NCBI GenBank assembly: GCA_951406725.2
Contig: OX597830.1
Coordinates: forward strand, 46,500,001 to 46,564,000
Direction of reading: 5' to 3'
Length of the DNA: 64,000 nt
Source of the DNA: Octopus vulgaris
Lineage: Eukaryota
Under the pieces are notes generated by a model. It was not told the DNA's origin, searched no databases, and saw nothing but the letters and a program-made list of their open reading frames with translations. This document shows positions 11,136-23,040 of the stretch, piece by piece. Within the stretch, counting starts at the first letter, position 1. Every line of letters begins with the position of its first letter. The translations under genes and the position numbers were made by a program.

Positions 11136-13173
11136 TCCTTTATTAGCCAGAAAAGACTCAAAGACAAAGAGAAAATTACAGAGGACAGTATTCAACAATG
11201 TTTGGTGGGGGTACATAAATTGTGTAAAAAAAATTAAGAAAAAAACATTACAAAAAAAAACTGTCCATGGAATTCCACAGATCCAGAATTATTCCAACCT
11301 CCAAGGGCAACAACCCTCTCTCAGTCAAAAGTTCTCCGAAATAGACTGTTCAACTAATCTTTGTTGACACCCAGATTCTCCCCGAAAATGTCACTTTTAC
11401 TCCTGCCACTAACCTTCAATAGAATACAAGAAATCCACAACCTGGAGCCAAACTTCAAGTATTTTATTCTTCATTTATTTTACATCTGATGACTGCAGGC
11501 TTCCATCCAATCAATCATGGATTTTCTGTATTTCTGATGGCAACAGTGACAAAGGATATGTGCAACTTGGAATATATTTCATACAGAGTATTCTTTATTC
11601 AAAAGCCCTAATTCTTCTGTTTTTTGCCAATATGCACATCTTTCAATGAATAACACTTAGCGAAAGATACACACACACACACACATGTGCAACCTGGGGT
11701 TTCCACACAGCTTTCAATCCCCACTCCTAAGACATTAAACAATAACAGAGTGAGATCAGAGCAAGAACCATATGACTGTAAGAGACGAGCCTGCTTTCCT
11801 ATTTCTAACCAGTAGTATCCATCAATTGGTGGTTAGTGCTGTTGACTTCAAATGCAGAAGTCAAGAACTGATACTAAATCACAACCTCATTGTACAGAGA
11901 ACTTACTGCAACTAAACAAAGAACTTCTTCACTCAACAGAACAGCTTTTGCTGGCAGCACAGATGGGAGACATAAAAAAGAAAAAAATTGCTCTATAGCT
12001 ATTTTTTAAAATTTTTTTGCTCACTGTTAAAAAGAATAAGAAGGTAATTAAAACAGCACAATCAAAGCTAATTAATTGTAAGTGAAGTAAAATGACAACA
12101 ACAACAACAAAAAAAAGAAGAAAAACTGAATGAAAGGCAAATGAATAAAAAGCAACTAAAATACTTTTACAAAGACAGATTTAAAACACAAGCTTTCGTC
12201 ATTGTAAGGTAGAGAAGAAAAGCAGCAGAGAGAGAGGGGGTGGGCGAGGTAGAGACTATTACAAGGCTACAAGTTGAGAGGAAGAAGAAGAAGGGAAACC
12301 AGATTGTATGATATTCATTCCTTCATTCACAAAATTAGAAATAAAAGCGAAGCAAACTTGGTTCCAATAAAAAATGCCAACTGCATTGCAGTTTTACATT
12401 CCAAAGAACAAGGTAAGAGCAGGGTCCAACAGTATTTGAATAGAGAATGATGGGGTCATTGACTACAGGGAAGGAATTAGCTCTCTACAAGGACCAGTCC
12501 CTGCCAGAGACATTTGATTCCAGTTGCCTTAGATTTGCTTTCCTAGCAAAAGGCATAAATATTATCAATCCACAACACTGCAAAAAAATAGCAGCCAAAT
12601 ATCACTTAAACAACACCCAACCTTTTGCAAAAAAAAAAAAAAAAAAAAAAAAAAGTATATACTGATGGAACGAAGGAGAGTCATTCAATCAAAAAAAAAA
12701 AAAAAGAAGCCAGGAGTCTTCAAAGTTCTCAGTAAAAAATGTGGACCATTTCTGCTAATAAATAAATAAATAAAAAAACAAACAGGCAACTTATGAGTGT
12801 TACACTTGTATGTCTATTTACAGATGTTCACTATGGCTTTTCTTTTGAGAGAGGAAAAGAAGCTGTCTTGTAACACCACTTCCCCACACCTAGTTTTGTT
12901 TCTAATATCAGTTTAGAAAAAAAAAATAGAGGTGGGTTATCAGAGTTGCAGGTAAACTGTACTATAAACCTTCCCTCCCTCCCTCCCACAGCAGTTACTA
13001 TTCCACCACCACCACCATCACTACTTATATTGCAAACATCCTAGCCATGCTTCATTTACAGACTTTTTCATGCTGTCAGCTGTGATGAAGCAGACTTATG
13101 ATCAAAGACAACCCAGTCATGCCAACCTCATCCCATCTTTCTGATATCTTACAAATATTTAACCAAACTATCC

Positions 13174-13545
13174 GTGCAGTGTGGCAGCTATGTTGTAAGA
13201 AGCTCACTTCCTAATCACAGGGTTCCGGGTTCAGTCCCACTGCATGGCAGTGCCTTCTACTATAGCTTCAAGCAAACCAAAGACTTGTGAGTGGATTTGG
13301 TAAACAGAAACTGAAAGAAGCCCATCATGTGTGTGTGTGTCCCACCACTACTTGACAGCTGGTATTGGTGTGTTTACATCAGCTGTGTTGACAGCTGGTG
13401 TGGTTTAATAAAACAGACTGATAGAATAAGTAATAGGCTTAAAAGAAGTAAGTACTGGGGGTCAATCTGTTCAACAAAAATTCTTCCAAGAAGTGCCCCA
13501 GCATGGCCACAATGTTACAACTGAAACAAGTAAAAGATAAAAGAT
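13174..13545 (+). mobile_element. SINE family A-related, diverged copy
   Basis: gggttccgggttcagtcccactgc, gtgagtggatttggta..aaactgaaagaagccc, tail gtgccccagcatggccac..ctgaaacaagtaaaagataaaag. Confidence 0.8.
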
Positions 13546-13861
13546 GTGTATCCAGAACATTTAGTTACAGTTGGAATCATCCCTATGATACAATGTCTGC
13601 AGCCAGACTGGAGCTTTAAATCACAGACACAATCCACTCAATAAGCTTTTAGTCAAGTCACACATCACTCACAAAACTTGGGTTGGCTCGAGGCCATGGT
13701 CAAAAGACATTTGTCAAAGATGCCATGCAGCAGGATTGAACCTGAAACATCATGACTGCAAAACTTCTTAGCCAATCTCCAACTGATTGGTAAAGCTGCA
13801 ATCACCAACATATGCAGCATTCACCTGTTTCTCTTGTCACTATTACAATAATAATTCTCAA

Positions 13862-14080
13862 GACAGCAACCTGGCAGAATCGTTTGAACACCAGGCAAAA
13901 TGCTTAGCGGCATTTCATCTATCGCTATGTTCTGAGTTCAAATTCTGCTGAGGTCGACTGCCTTTCGTCCTTTCAGGGTCAGTAAAATAAGTACCAGTTA
14001 CACACTGGGGTTGATGTAATCGACTTAGCCCTTCCCCAAACATGCTGGCCTTGTGCCAAAATTTGAAACCACTATTACAA
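13862..14080 (+). mobile_element. SINE family B variant
   Basis: ctggcagaatcg..gttctgagttcaaattc..gtcgac..aagtaccag..tgtaatcgactt, with an alternative 3' end. Confidence 0.8.
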
Positions 14081-14666
14081 TAGTTCCTGATCTTCCAAAC
14101 TAGCAGACTATGTGCTGAGCCCTGCCAAAGAGTGGCCTTGAAGTCACAACTGCTAGCTGTCTCTCCATCAGGCATCCTCTGATCACTGGACATGGTTGGC
14201 TTCTATTCATCATGCTATGAAATCATTATGGGTTGGCTCAAGTCATTTCTGGTGAACACTGACACAAATATAAGTAAGCCTCACGGATAATTAACATGCA
14301 GAAATAATTAGTCTTGATCTTGCTTTAATTCCCAATATAAACTTGTTTCCTGATATTCTCAAAGCTTGCTTTCTTCGCTTTTGGGAAATGAGAAATGACA
14401 AAGGAATACCACCACAACTCACAGAAACACGAAGTCGGTGATTGGTTCAGTTTCACCAAATTGCAATACAGAAAAACTTTCATTAAAATTACAATTTTTG
14501 AAAATAATACATGAGGAGTTTTCTTAGTAATTAAATATCAAATCACACATCACCAGTCACATCTTTGTGTGCAAAGTTGCCAGGCCTCAAATACATTTCA
14601 CAGCCAAATATTTGTAAAAATTTGTCAGACAATTTCATGATGCACCTAAATATATCTGATGACACA

Positions 14667-14896
14667 GGCGGCAAGCTGGCAGACACGTTAGCACGTCGGG
14701 TGAAATGCTTAGTGGTATTTCGTCTGTCGTTACGTTCTGAGTTCAAATTCCGCCGAGGTCGACTTTGCCTTTCATCCTTTCGGGTCGATAAATAAAGTAC
14801 CAGTTTCGCACTGGGGTTGATGTAATCGACTTAATCCCTTTGTCTGTCCTTGTTTGTCCCCTCTATGTTTAGCCCCTTGTGGGCAATAAAAAAATA
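14667..14896 (+). mobile_element. SINE family B, full length with TSD
   Basis: GGCGGCAAGCTGGCAGA..GAGTTCAAATTCC..gccccttgtgggcaataaa; 16-bp TSD tatatc(t/c)gatgacaca at 14651-14666 and 14897-14912. Confidence 0.93.
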
Positions 14897-15100
14897 TATA
14901 TCCGATGACACAGTGTTTGGAAGCTTCTAGATTAACAAATCATTCAGTAACTTTAAAGGGTGAATCTCCTGTGGATTAGGAGGTTAGTCTGGTGCAGGCG
15001 GACAACATTCCCTGGACCTTCTTTTGTAGATATCAATCTGACAATTAAATCAGAACGAAACAAAGTATTAGGCCATAAAAAATACAGAGTAATTACTCAC

Positions 15101-15156
15101 TGAAGGATCTTTGTATGGGTTGGAAGTCCAATACCATATCTACTCGGTCCTCTTAC
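15101..15156 (-). other. Candidate short exon (56 nt) between two 62-63-nt mini-introns
   Basis: Minus strand: ttttctttgttcccctctacaaaaatag|GTAAGA...CCTTCA|gtgagt; downstream acceptor ttaattgtcag at 15038-15039; upstream possible AAG|GCAAGC donor at 15217-15218. Confidence 0.4.
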
Positions 15157-16430
15157 CTATTTTTGTAGAGGGGAACAAAGAAAATGTGAACTGTGCAAGT
15201 CCAGAGCCAACTGCTTGCCTTCAGCTCCCATCAGACTACCAGTGCTTTTTGAGCATACATCAGGCTGGTTGGCCACAGCTGGACACACTGTACCCAGTCT
15301 TCTTCTCCCAGCTGATTTTTTTTTTCATTATTTACCCAAATACTTCATACCTAGAGATAAAATATTCAATGTGACCATATTTTTTTTAAGGAGTTGAGAG
15401 ATTTGGCAGCTATTTCTGGCAGGTCAAGCTAGACAACAGCCAAAGCAACACACATAGCATGTGTTGATCATATGTGTGTGTGTGTGTCTGTGTACACAAA
15501 CACAGAGGAAAGAATTGATTTTCTTTCTCACATTCACACATAAGACAAACATCTCAGAAGCAGATTCCATAAAAAAAATGTGTCCCCTTGTATTCTATGT
15601 CAACAGTTACCAATCCAAAACCTGGATTATAATTCTGAAGATATTTTGATAAAATGTAAAATGTTCATAAATGTGTCATAGAATAAGCAAAAGGCTACAC
15701 AAAGACTACAACACTTTTACTGTAAATAAAGACTAGGGGAAATTTCCTTAAGAAAAGTGCCATATGTTAAACATGGCCCATTTTTGAAAAGAAACATTTT
15801 TATTTAAAGAAGAATCACAGATGATTATTGATTCCCTAAAATGGGTTACAATGGTAAAAATGTTGGGAATCATTTCTGTGTGTCTCTGAAAACTGAGTTG
15901 TGAAAAAGTAAACCATTGTTTAACGCCTTAGCCTTGCCATCGCCCATCGCAATGCTGCAAGCATGCTTCAGTAGGTTCCATTAAACTTTATGCTGTGATA
16001 AAAAAATTTTTTAAATCCCTACAAATGGTTTCAATAGTTTTAACAGAAAGATTTTGGAAGAATCAAATGAAAGTTCTTCAGTAATTTTCTTTCATATAAA
16101 TAAATGTTTGCCAGCAAAATGTTATAAAATGATGTTCTAAAAGATGTACATGTTTATATGTTATATATGAAAATATTAATTTGTTGCAAGCAAAATTTTC
16201 CATTTTCATTTGCAACATTCTCTCACTCTCTCTTGCCTCTATATTCATTGAAGATAATTCAATATATATATTCATTTCAAGTTTTAATTCACTGTTTGCA
16301 AAACCCACAGTTTATTCTATATATGTAATGTAAAAAAATTATTTATTGAATGAATGAATGCTATTAGACAAAATAGCTATATAATTTTGAGGTTTACTTT
16401 TGATAAAATGAAAATTTTTTAACACACCAG

Positions 16431-16866
16431 TGAAGACCTGTTGAGGCAAGTGAGAATCGAAATTGATCAACATCAATGGAAATTGCAGCTGTGATACCAG
16501 TGCCAGTGGCACGTAAGAGAACCATCTGAACGTGGCCATTGCCAGCGTCACCCTGACTGGCCTTGTGCCGGTGGCATGTAAAAAGTACCATCCATTCGTG
16601 GTCGTTGCCAGCCTCGCCTGGCGCCCGTACCGGTGACACATAAAAAGCACCATCCGATCATGGCTGTTTGCCAGCCTCGTCTGGCACGTAAAAAGCACCC
16701 ACTACACTCACGGAGTGGTTGGCGTTAGGAAGGGCATCCAGCCGTAGAAACATTGCCAGATCAGACTGGGCCTGGTGCAGCATTCTGGCTTACCAGACCC
16801 CAGTCAAACCGTCCAACCCATGCTAGCATGGAAAGCGGACGCTAAACGATGATGATGATGATGATG
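16431..16866 (+). mobile_element. RTE 3' UTR-only insertion with (GAT)n tail
   Basis: Four GGCACGTAAAAAGCACC-type units, then ggttggcgttaggaagggcatccag..ccaacccatgc..(GAT)n; apparent TSD ACACCAG on both sides. Same tail follows the RT ORFs at 21437 and 38770. Confidence 0.88.
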
Positions 16867-17429
16867 ACACCAGCATAATTTTTATTTTTTTAAATTAAGA
16901 AGTGATTTCAATGGCATGGCTGTTTGGAATGCTATAAGCCTTACAATAATAACTGTGATCGTTGCTATTTCTAGCACACTAAAGTTTGTTTAAATTAGAG
17001 ATGTATAACAACTCCGATAAATTACTGAAAGAAATATTTACTGAGTTTTTTTTATAAATTGAAGTTTTCAGGGAAATTTACTTTCTCAACTTCCTTATAT
17101 TATTAAATATACCAAGTTCACAAATTTAAAAATTTGGTACAAGATAGTTTTTAATGAACTTTTATTTATATGATTTTTTCCATTTCATGTTTATTTCATT
17201 CATTGGTTGCAATGTTCTCTTCCCCAACTCTCTCTCACTCTCTCTATTATAAACACACACAGCAAAGTCTTTCTGCTAGTATAATTAATAATTCAAACAT
17301 CAAAGGTCTCAAATGGTTCACTGACCTCTGCTACTCCAAGCATATGTTGGTGTGCATGTGTGCACTTAGAGAATGCCTTTGGTCATGAAATCTGAACACG
17401 GCGAACACTGAAATCCTCCTTATCCTATT

Positions 17430-17850
17430 CTATAGTGGTGAGACCTGAACACTGCCTGGGGCCCTTAGGAACCACCCAAACTCCCTTGGCACCAGGATAC
17501 TTTGAAAGGTTATGGGTTACCATTGGTCAGATTTTGTATCCAACCAACGACTCTACTCAGAAACTGAAATGCATCCTCTTATTTGTGCGATTCAGAAACA
17601 CCAGCTCAGGCAGTTTGGCCATGTTGCTCAATTTTCTAAGTTAGACCCTGCTTACCCCATTCTATTCACTGAGGATCCAACTAGGTTGATGACTCATGTT
17701 GGTTGACCACATGCCTCATGGTCATAGCAGATGAGGAGGTATCTTGTGGAGAGAGGGACTGACTGGGACTCTTCTCAAAGGGTCGCTCAGGATTTGGGAA
17801 TATACCAACAAATAGTGAATGCTACAAAAATACTGAAACTACACGTGCCG
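17430..17850 (+). mobile_element. Old RTE-like LINE C-terminal fragment
   Basis: ORF 17512-17706 MGYHWSDFVSNQRL..QLRQFGHVA..DPAY matches the W.D.V.N..LR..GHV signature. Confidence 0.7.
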
Positions 17851-18098
17851 CCCCCCCCCCAATCACCACCACCACCACATGACCTGACTCACATGGAACC
17901 TTAGCAAACATCTGCCATATCAGAAAAGGCTGTAAGAAATAGTGCATTATCCATGATCACTTAGTGATGCAGTGTTTTCACGCTTTCGGCTGATGCCAAA
18001 TCCCTTACAACTACACTACATTCCACACTCTAAACACAGCATCAAAGAAAGTTAAATACAGTCCCAACACACAAACACATGAAAGAGGCAAATTTTTA

Positions 18099-18413
18099 AG
18101 CACGTAAAAAGCACCATCCAAACATGGCCAATGCCAGTAACCCCTTACTGGCCCCTGCGCCAGTGGCACATAAAAAGCACTATCCGGTCGATGCCAGGCC
18201 CGCCTGACTGGCTGGCTGGCTCCTGTACCAGTGGCACTTAAAAGCACCCACTACACTCTCGGGGTGGTTGGTGTTAGGAAGGGCATCCAGCTGTAGAAAC
18301 TCTGCCAGATCATATTGGAGCCTAGTGCAGCCTCCTGGCTCTGCAGACCTCAGTCACACCGTCCAACCCATGCCGGCATGGAAAACAGACGTTAAACAAT
18401 GATGATGATGATG
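18099..18413 (+). mobile_element. RTE 3' UTR-only insertion
   Basis: Three GCAC.TAAAAAGCAC units, ggttgg..ttaggaagggcatccagc, (GAT)n tail. Confidence 0.88.
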
Positions 18414-18839
18414 AATTAGTAATTCCTGACTTGATTGTTCACCACATTCTTTTTTTTCTCTTCTTTACAGGTGAAATGGTTAAATGTGTTCAGAACAAGT
18501 ATATACTCCCCATCTCTAATATATAATTAATGTAAAGTTGGCAATTTCCTTCCAGTTATATTAATTACTGTAGTAGTAGTAGTAGTAGTAGTAGCAGCAG
18601 CAGTCAATAGTTTGTCTTCCAAAGTCATTTAGCTTGGGAATTATTTAAGTGCTGAAAGACAGCTATGGTGACAATGAGAGCAACAATAACAATACATAAC
18701 CTTAGGTAAAATGGAATACTGACGGAGAGAACATCAGCAGATGCATTTAAGACCAGTCACAGCTAATTTGATTATATCAAGAAGAGGACTGGTGTTCATA
18801 ATATCATCAGATACAGAGAAGCAACAAGTTCTGACACAA

Positions 18840-20218
18840 AGGCAGCTGAGGATTTTATGCGTGGATTCCGTCAGCTCATCGCAGCCAAGGGGTACATTGT
18901 AAAACAGGTATTCAGCTATGATGAAACTGCCCTTTCTTGGGGAGAAAAAATGCCCAGAAGAACCTACATAACTGCAGAAGAGAAGAAAATGCCAGGCCAC
19001 AAACCTATGAAAGATAGGCTAACTCTCACTCTTTGTACCAACGCAAGTGGAGACTGCTCCTTGTCTACCATTCCGAAAGCCCACAAGCATTCAAGTCACA
19101 CAAAATCCTGAAGGAGAAGCTGCAGGTCATGTGGAGGGCAAACAAAGCCTGGGTCACCAGGCAATTCTTCACCAAGTGGGTCGACCTTGTCTTCGGACTG
19201 GCAGTGAAAAAGTACCTTCTGGAGAAGGACCTTCCTTTCAAGGCCCTCCTCATCCTCAACAATGCTCCTGCTCACCCTTCTAACCTCAAAGATGATATCC
19301 TGGATGAATTTAAAGTCATAACAGTTCTGAACATTTCACACAACACCACCCCTATCCTGCAGCCCATGGACCAACAGGGGATTTCTAGTTCTAAGAAATT
19401 GTGCTTTGAAGTCACTGAAAATCCAAATCTAACCCCTCATGAGTTTTGGAACATTCTTAACTTCCTGAAAATCATTGATATGACCTGGCAGGGTGTCATG
19501 AGGAGAACCCTGAATTCTGGATGGAGGAAACTGTGGCCTGGCTGCGTATCTGAAAGAGACTTCAAGGGATTTGAGTCTGAGACACCTGTAGTCAAGGAAA
19601 TAGTGTCTCTTGGTCATGGGCCTCTAGGTTGATGATGGGGACATTAACAATCTCATCAAGGAACACTCAGAGGAGCTGACGACAGATGAACTCCTGCAGC
19701 TTCAGGAGCAGCAGCAGCATTTGGATGCTGTGGAAGAGAGAGAGGTTCCCCAGCGGAGGACAGAGTAGTGGAGAGGGTGATCTCTACAAGTGACATAAAG
19801 GTAGGGTTGGCAAAGTGGCAGAATGTTTCTGAATTTGTAGAAGAAGAAAAAAAAACATCCTGAAGAAGTATCAACAGCTTGTGCAGCAGCTGTTTTGTTT
19901 AATGACACTGCTCTGGTGCATTTTCTGACACATTTTGAAAAGCAAGGAAAAGCAGACTTCTCTTGATGTTTTTTGTAATGAAACGATCTGCAAGTGTGAA
20001 AAGTGAAGAAGGTGTGTCCAAAAAGCCTAAATTAAGCAAAGTGAGAGAGAAAATGCCAGAAATTGTTCTTCTTGAAGTCTTAATGAAAGGAGATTTTCCT
20101 CCCAAACAGTTATTCTCCTCCTACTCCTCCTCCTCAACACTCCATCTTCCTCATGCACAAATCATCCCATCTTTAAGGTGATTACATTAATAAAACCAAT
20201 TTACATATTGTTATTACA
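18840..20218 (+). mobile_element. Tigger/pogo (TIGD1-like) transposase fossil
   Basis: QVFSYDETALSW..MPRRTYI..MPGHKPMKDRLTL.LCTNASGD; LLVYHSESP; VMWRANKAWVT; LLILNNAPAHP; TTPILQPMDQ. Frameshifted; 3' end interrupted by a Helitron. Confidence 0.92.
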
Positions 20219-21390
20219 TCTACTGTTGTTCCTTGCCATTTCACCTCACGCCATTGGAACACATTCATAAAGTACCACCTCTCATTGAGAAAAACAGGCA
20301 GACGGACTTTCGACAAACACCTCTACCTCACGAATCGATAAGCAACGTTATCCCAGGCTTCACGGTACAGCTGCCAGACATTATCTGTTGATAATTCGCA
20401 TTCACATATTTATTCCAGCGTAGAACTATGATTGACATCCACTTACAGATGTGGATAGTGGAAAACATGTTAATTGCCCCTTTGAGAAGGGATTTGATTC
20501 GTTGCAGACTCGCATTGCAACACAGCTTACCGTAGAGCTACTAAATCACCTTATGGATATCTCTCCATTAAGACGTGCTTATGGCTTCATACCTGCATAC
20601 CTATTTCATAAAAACTTACGTATCCTGTCAGCCGCTTGCTTTTATCCTTCTGACATGCCATGACAGAAGAGGTTCACCATTGGCTGAAATACTACTAAAG
20701 CAGAAGAATCAAGATGAAATGGAGCTTCAGGATCGTCGTTGGAGACTACCATCTGTTGATCACAAGCTGTTGAATGTGCAGCCACCAGAAGAGATCTTGA
20801 AACAGATGACCAGTGAAACCCTCGCCTGACCACTATTGCCATCTTATCTGCGACCAACGTAAAACTCGTCGAACCGTGAATGCTTCTTCAATGGCAGCTG
20901 CTTGAGCTTCAGAGACAGAGGACCAACGAAGAAGCTGCTGATCTGCTAATGCCGCGTCTACAGCTGCTGCAAGAGCTTCTGAAACAAGTCCTCAGAGGAA
21001 ACGCTGTTGAGCCGCTAATGCTGCATGCACTTCAGCCACACGTGCCAAGGAGAATGAGGAACAGCACCACAGACATCGGACAATGGATGCTGCTTGATCT
21101 TCCCAAATGTTACAAGACCATGATAATCGCCTTCAGAGTGATGCCAGAAGCGAGCCCTTAGGAAAGGTGTTTCTAAACTGTTGGCCTCACAATGGGCCTT
21201 AAAAGCATTCCACAAGTGTATGGTTCTAATCTGCGCTGGGCTGAGGATTAATGTGTTGAAATCAGAAGAGCATTGCATGAATGTGGTAGCCGAGGTAAAG
21301 CTCAAAAAATTTTCTCAAGTGTAAGGCCTCATCTTTCCACAGTCAAATGGTAATTTATTAAGACCCGTGCAATGCCAGGTACTACAGCTA

Positions 21391-21391
<1 letters not shown>
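20219..21391 (+). mobile_element. Non-autonomous Helitron derivative with decayed STPR-like repeats
   Basis: A|TC start (20218/20219, tentative); 3' hairpin acccgtgcaatgccaggt then CTAG|T (21388-21392); four 23-codon units at 20852-21105; NVVAEV resembling a RepHel C-terminus at about 21280. Confidence 0.7.

Positions 21392-21437
<46 letters not shown>
21392..21437. repeat. (TA)n microsatellite
   Basis: Perfect TA run. Confidence 0.97.
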
Positions 21438-21440
<3 letters not shown>

Positions 21441-22709
21441 GTCTTAGGGTTAATCTAGCAAAAACCAAAGTAGGAAGGCAGACAGACAAATTACAAGTCT
21501 CTTCAGGTAGATGGCCCTGCTTGATCTGTATAAAAAGCATGGGTAGAAACTCCATACGATGTACCCGGTGTAAGCTATGGACACATAAAAGGTGCAGCAA
21601 TATCAAAGAAAGGTTAACTGGGAAGATAGTTTTTGTGTGTGGCAGATGCACAGGGGCAATAAACACTGAAGGGTGTGCAGAAAACAGATTCCATCACATG
21701 CCAGCGGAAAAAACTAGATGTAGCTGATAGCTTCCACTACCTAGGCAACCAAGTCTGTAGTGGGGGTGGTTGCTCTGAGAGTGTAGCGGCTATAATAAGA
21801 ATAGCCTGGGCAAAGTTCAGGGAGCTCCTACTACTGGCAACCGAGGGCCTCTCGCTCATGATGAAAGGTAGACTGTATGATGCATGTGTGCAAACTGCCC
21901 TGCTATATAGCAGTGAAACATGGGCTGTGACTGCTGAGGACATGCATAGGCTTGATAGAAACAAAGCTAGTATGATCCACTGTATGTGTAATGTCAGTGT
22001 GCAAACACAACAGAGTGTGAGTGCTTTGAGAGAAAAGTTGGACCCAAGAAGCATCAGATGTGATGTGCAAGAGAGACGACTGCGCTGGTATGGTCATGTG
22101 TTACATATGGATGAGGACAGCTGTGTGAGGAAGTGCACACCCTAGCGGTTGAGGGAACCTGTGGAAGAAGTAGACCCAGGAAAACATGGAAAATAGAAGC
22201 AATAACAAGAGACCAAGACCTTTGGAGATATGCTGTGATTGAGAAGAGCTGGCAACTAAAGTGAGATCACAGCCATGGCTGATGCCAGTGTTGCATGCCC
22301 AGGCCCATTTAAGAGTACCTTTGATGTATCGGGCAGTATGATATGCTTCAGAAGACCTGTTGAGTCAAGTAAAACCAAAATCATAGCTGTGGCCAGTACC
22401 CCCAACTGGCTCCCATTCCGGTGGCACATAAAAAGCACCATTCAAATCTGGCCGATACCAGTACCCCCTGACTGGCTCCCATGCCAGTGGCACGTAAAAA
22501 GCACAATCAGAATGTGATCAATGCCTCATGCTGGTGGCATGTAAAAAGCACCCACTACACTCTCGGAGTGGTTGGCATTAGGAAGTGCATCCAGCTGTAG
22601 AAACATTGTCAGATCAGAGTGGAGCCTGGTGCAGCCGCTGGGTCTCCAGACATCAGTCAAACCATCCAACCCATGCCAACATGGAAAACAGACATTAAAC
22701 GATGATGAC
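21437..22709 (+). mobile_element. 5'-truncated RTE LINE (end of RT, inserted Cys-rich finger, 3' UTR, GAT tail)
   Basis: GLRVNLAKTKV; PCLICIK..SIRCTRCKLWTHKRCS..CGRC; FHYLG; AWAKFREL; KGRLYDACV..LYSSETW; RRLRWYGHV; then the UTR with three repeat units. Confidence 0.93.
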
Positions 22710-22744
22710 AATATATATATATTGCCATGCTGGACCACTGAAAT

Positions 22745-22915
22745 CCACAAGTTTGTTTTCATTCTCTCTCTGTTTATTTTCTCTTATCCCTTTCTGTTGA
22801 AGCTTGTAGGTTCAAAATATAAAAGACTTTTTTCATTTTCCCGAGCGTTAAACTAATCCACTTGCTTGTTGTTCATACACCTGTCTTCGTCTTTTGTTTT
22901 TCTATAAATTTCAAA
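22745..22915 (+). repeat. Probable Penelope-like terminal repeat fragment with a degenerate hammerhead core
   Basis: ctgttgaagcttgtaggttcaaaat resembles CTGANGA-stem-GAAA with mutations; flanked by (TA)n. Family assignment from memory only. Confidence 0.35.
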
Positions 22916-22922
22916 TTATATA

Positions 22923-22958
<36 letters not shown>

Positions 22959-23040
22959 CACATATATATATATACACACATACACACATACAAGAGAGAG
23001 TCAGACATCTAGATATATAGAGACAGATAGACAAATATAT

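Noticed and set aside
16490-16700. Repeat-spacer pattern resembling a CRISPR array
   Set aside because: The spacers are homologous to one another, the unit lies in an RTE 3' UTR found many times in the window, the context is eukaryotic, and there are no cas genes.
18857-19632. Domesticated TIGD-like gene
   Set aside because: Frameshifts, stops, deletions and a missing DNA-binding N-terminus indicate a fossil transposon.
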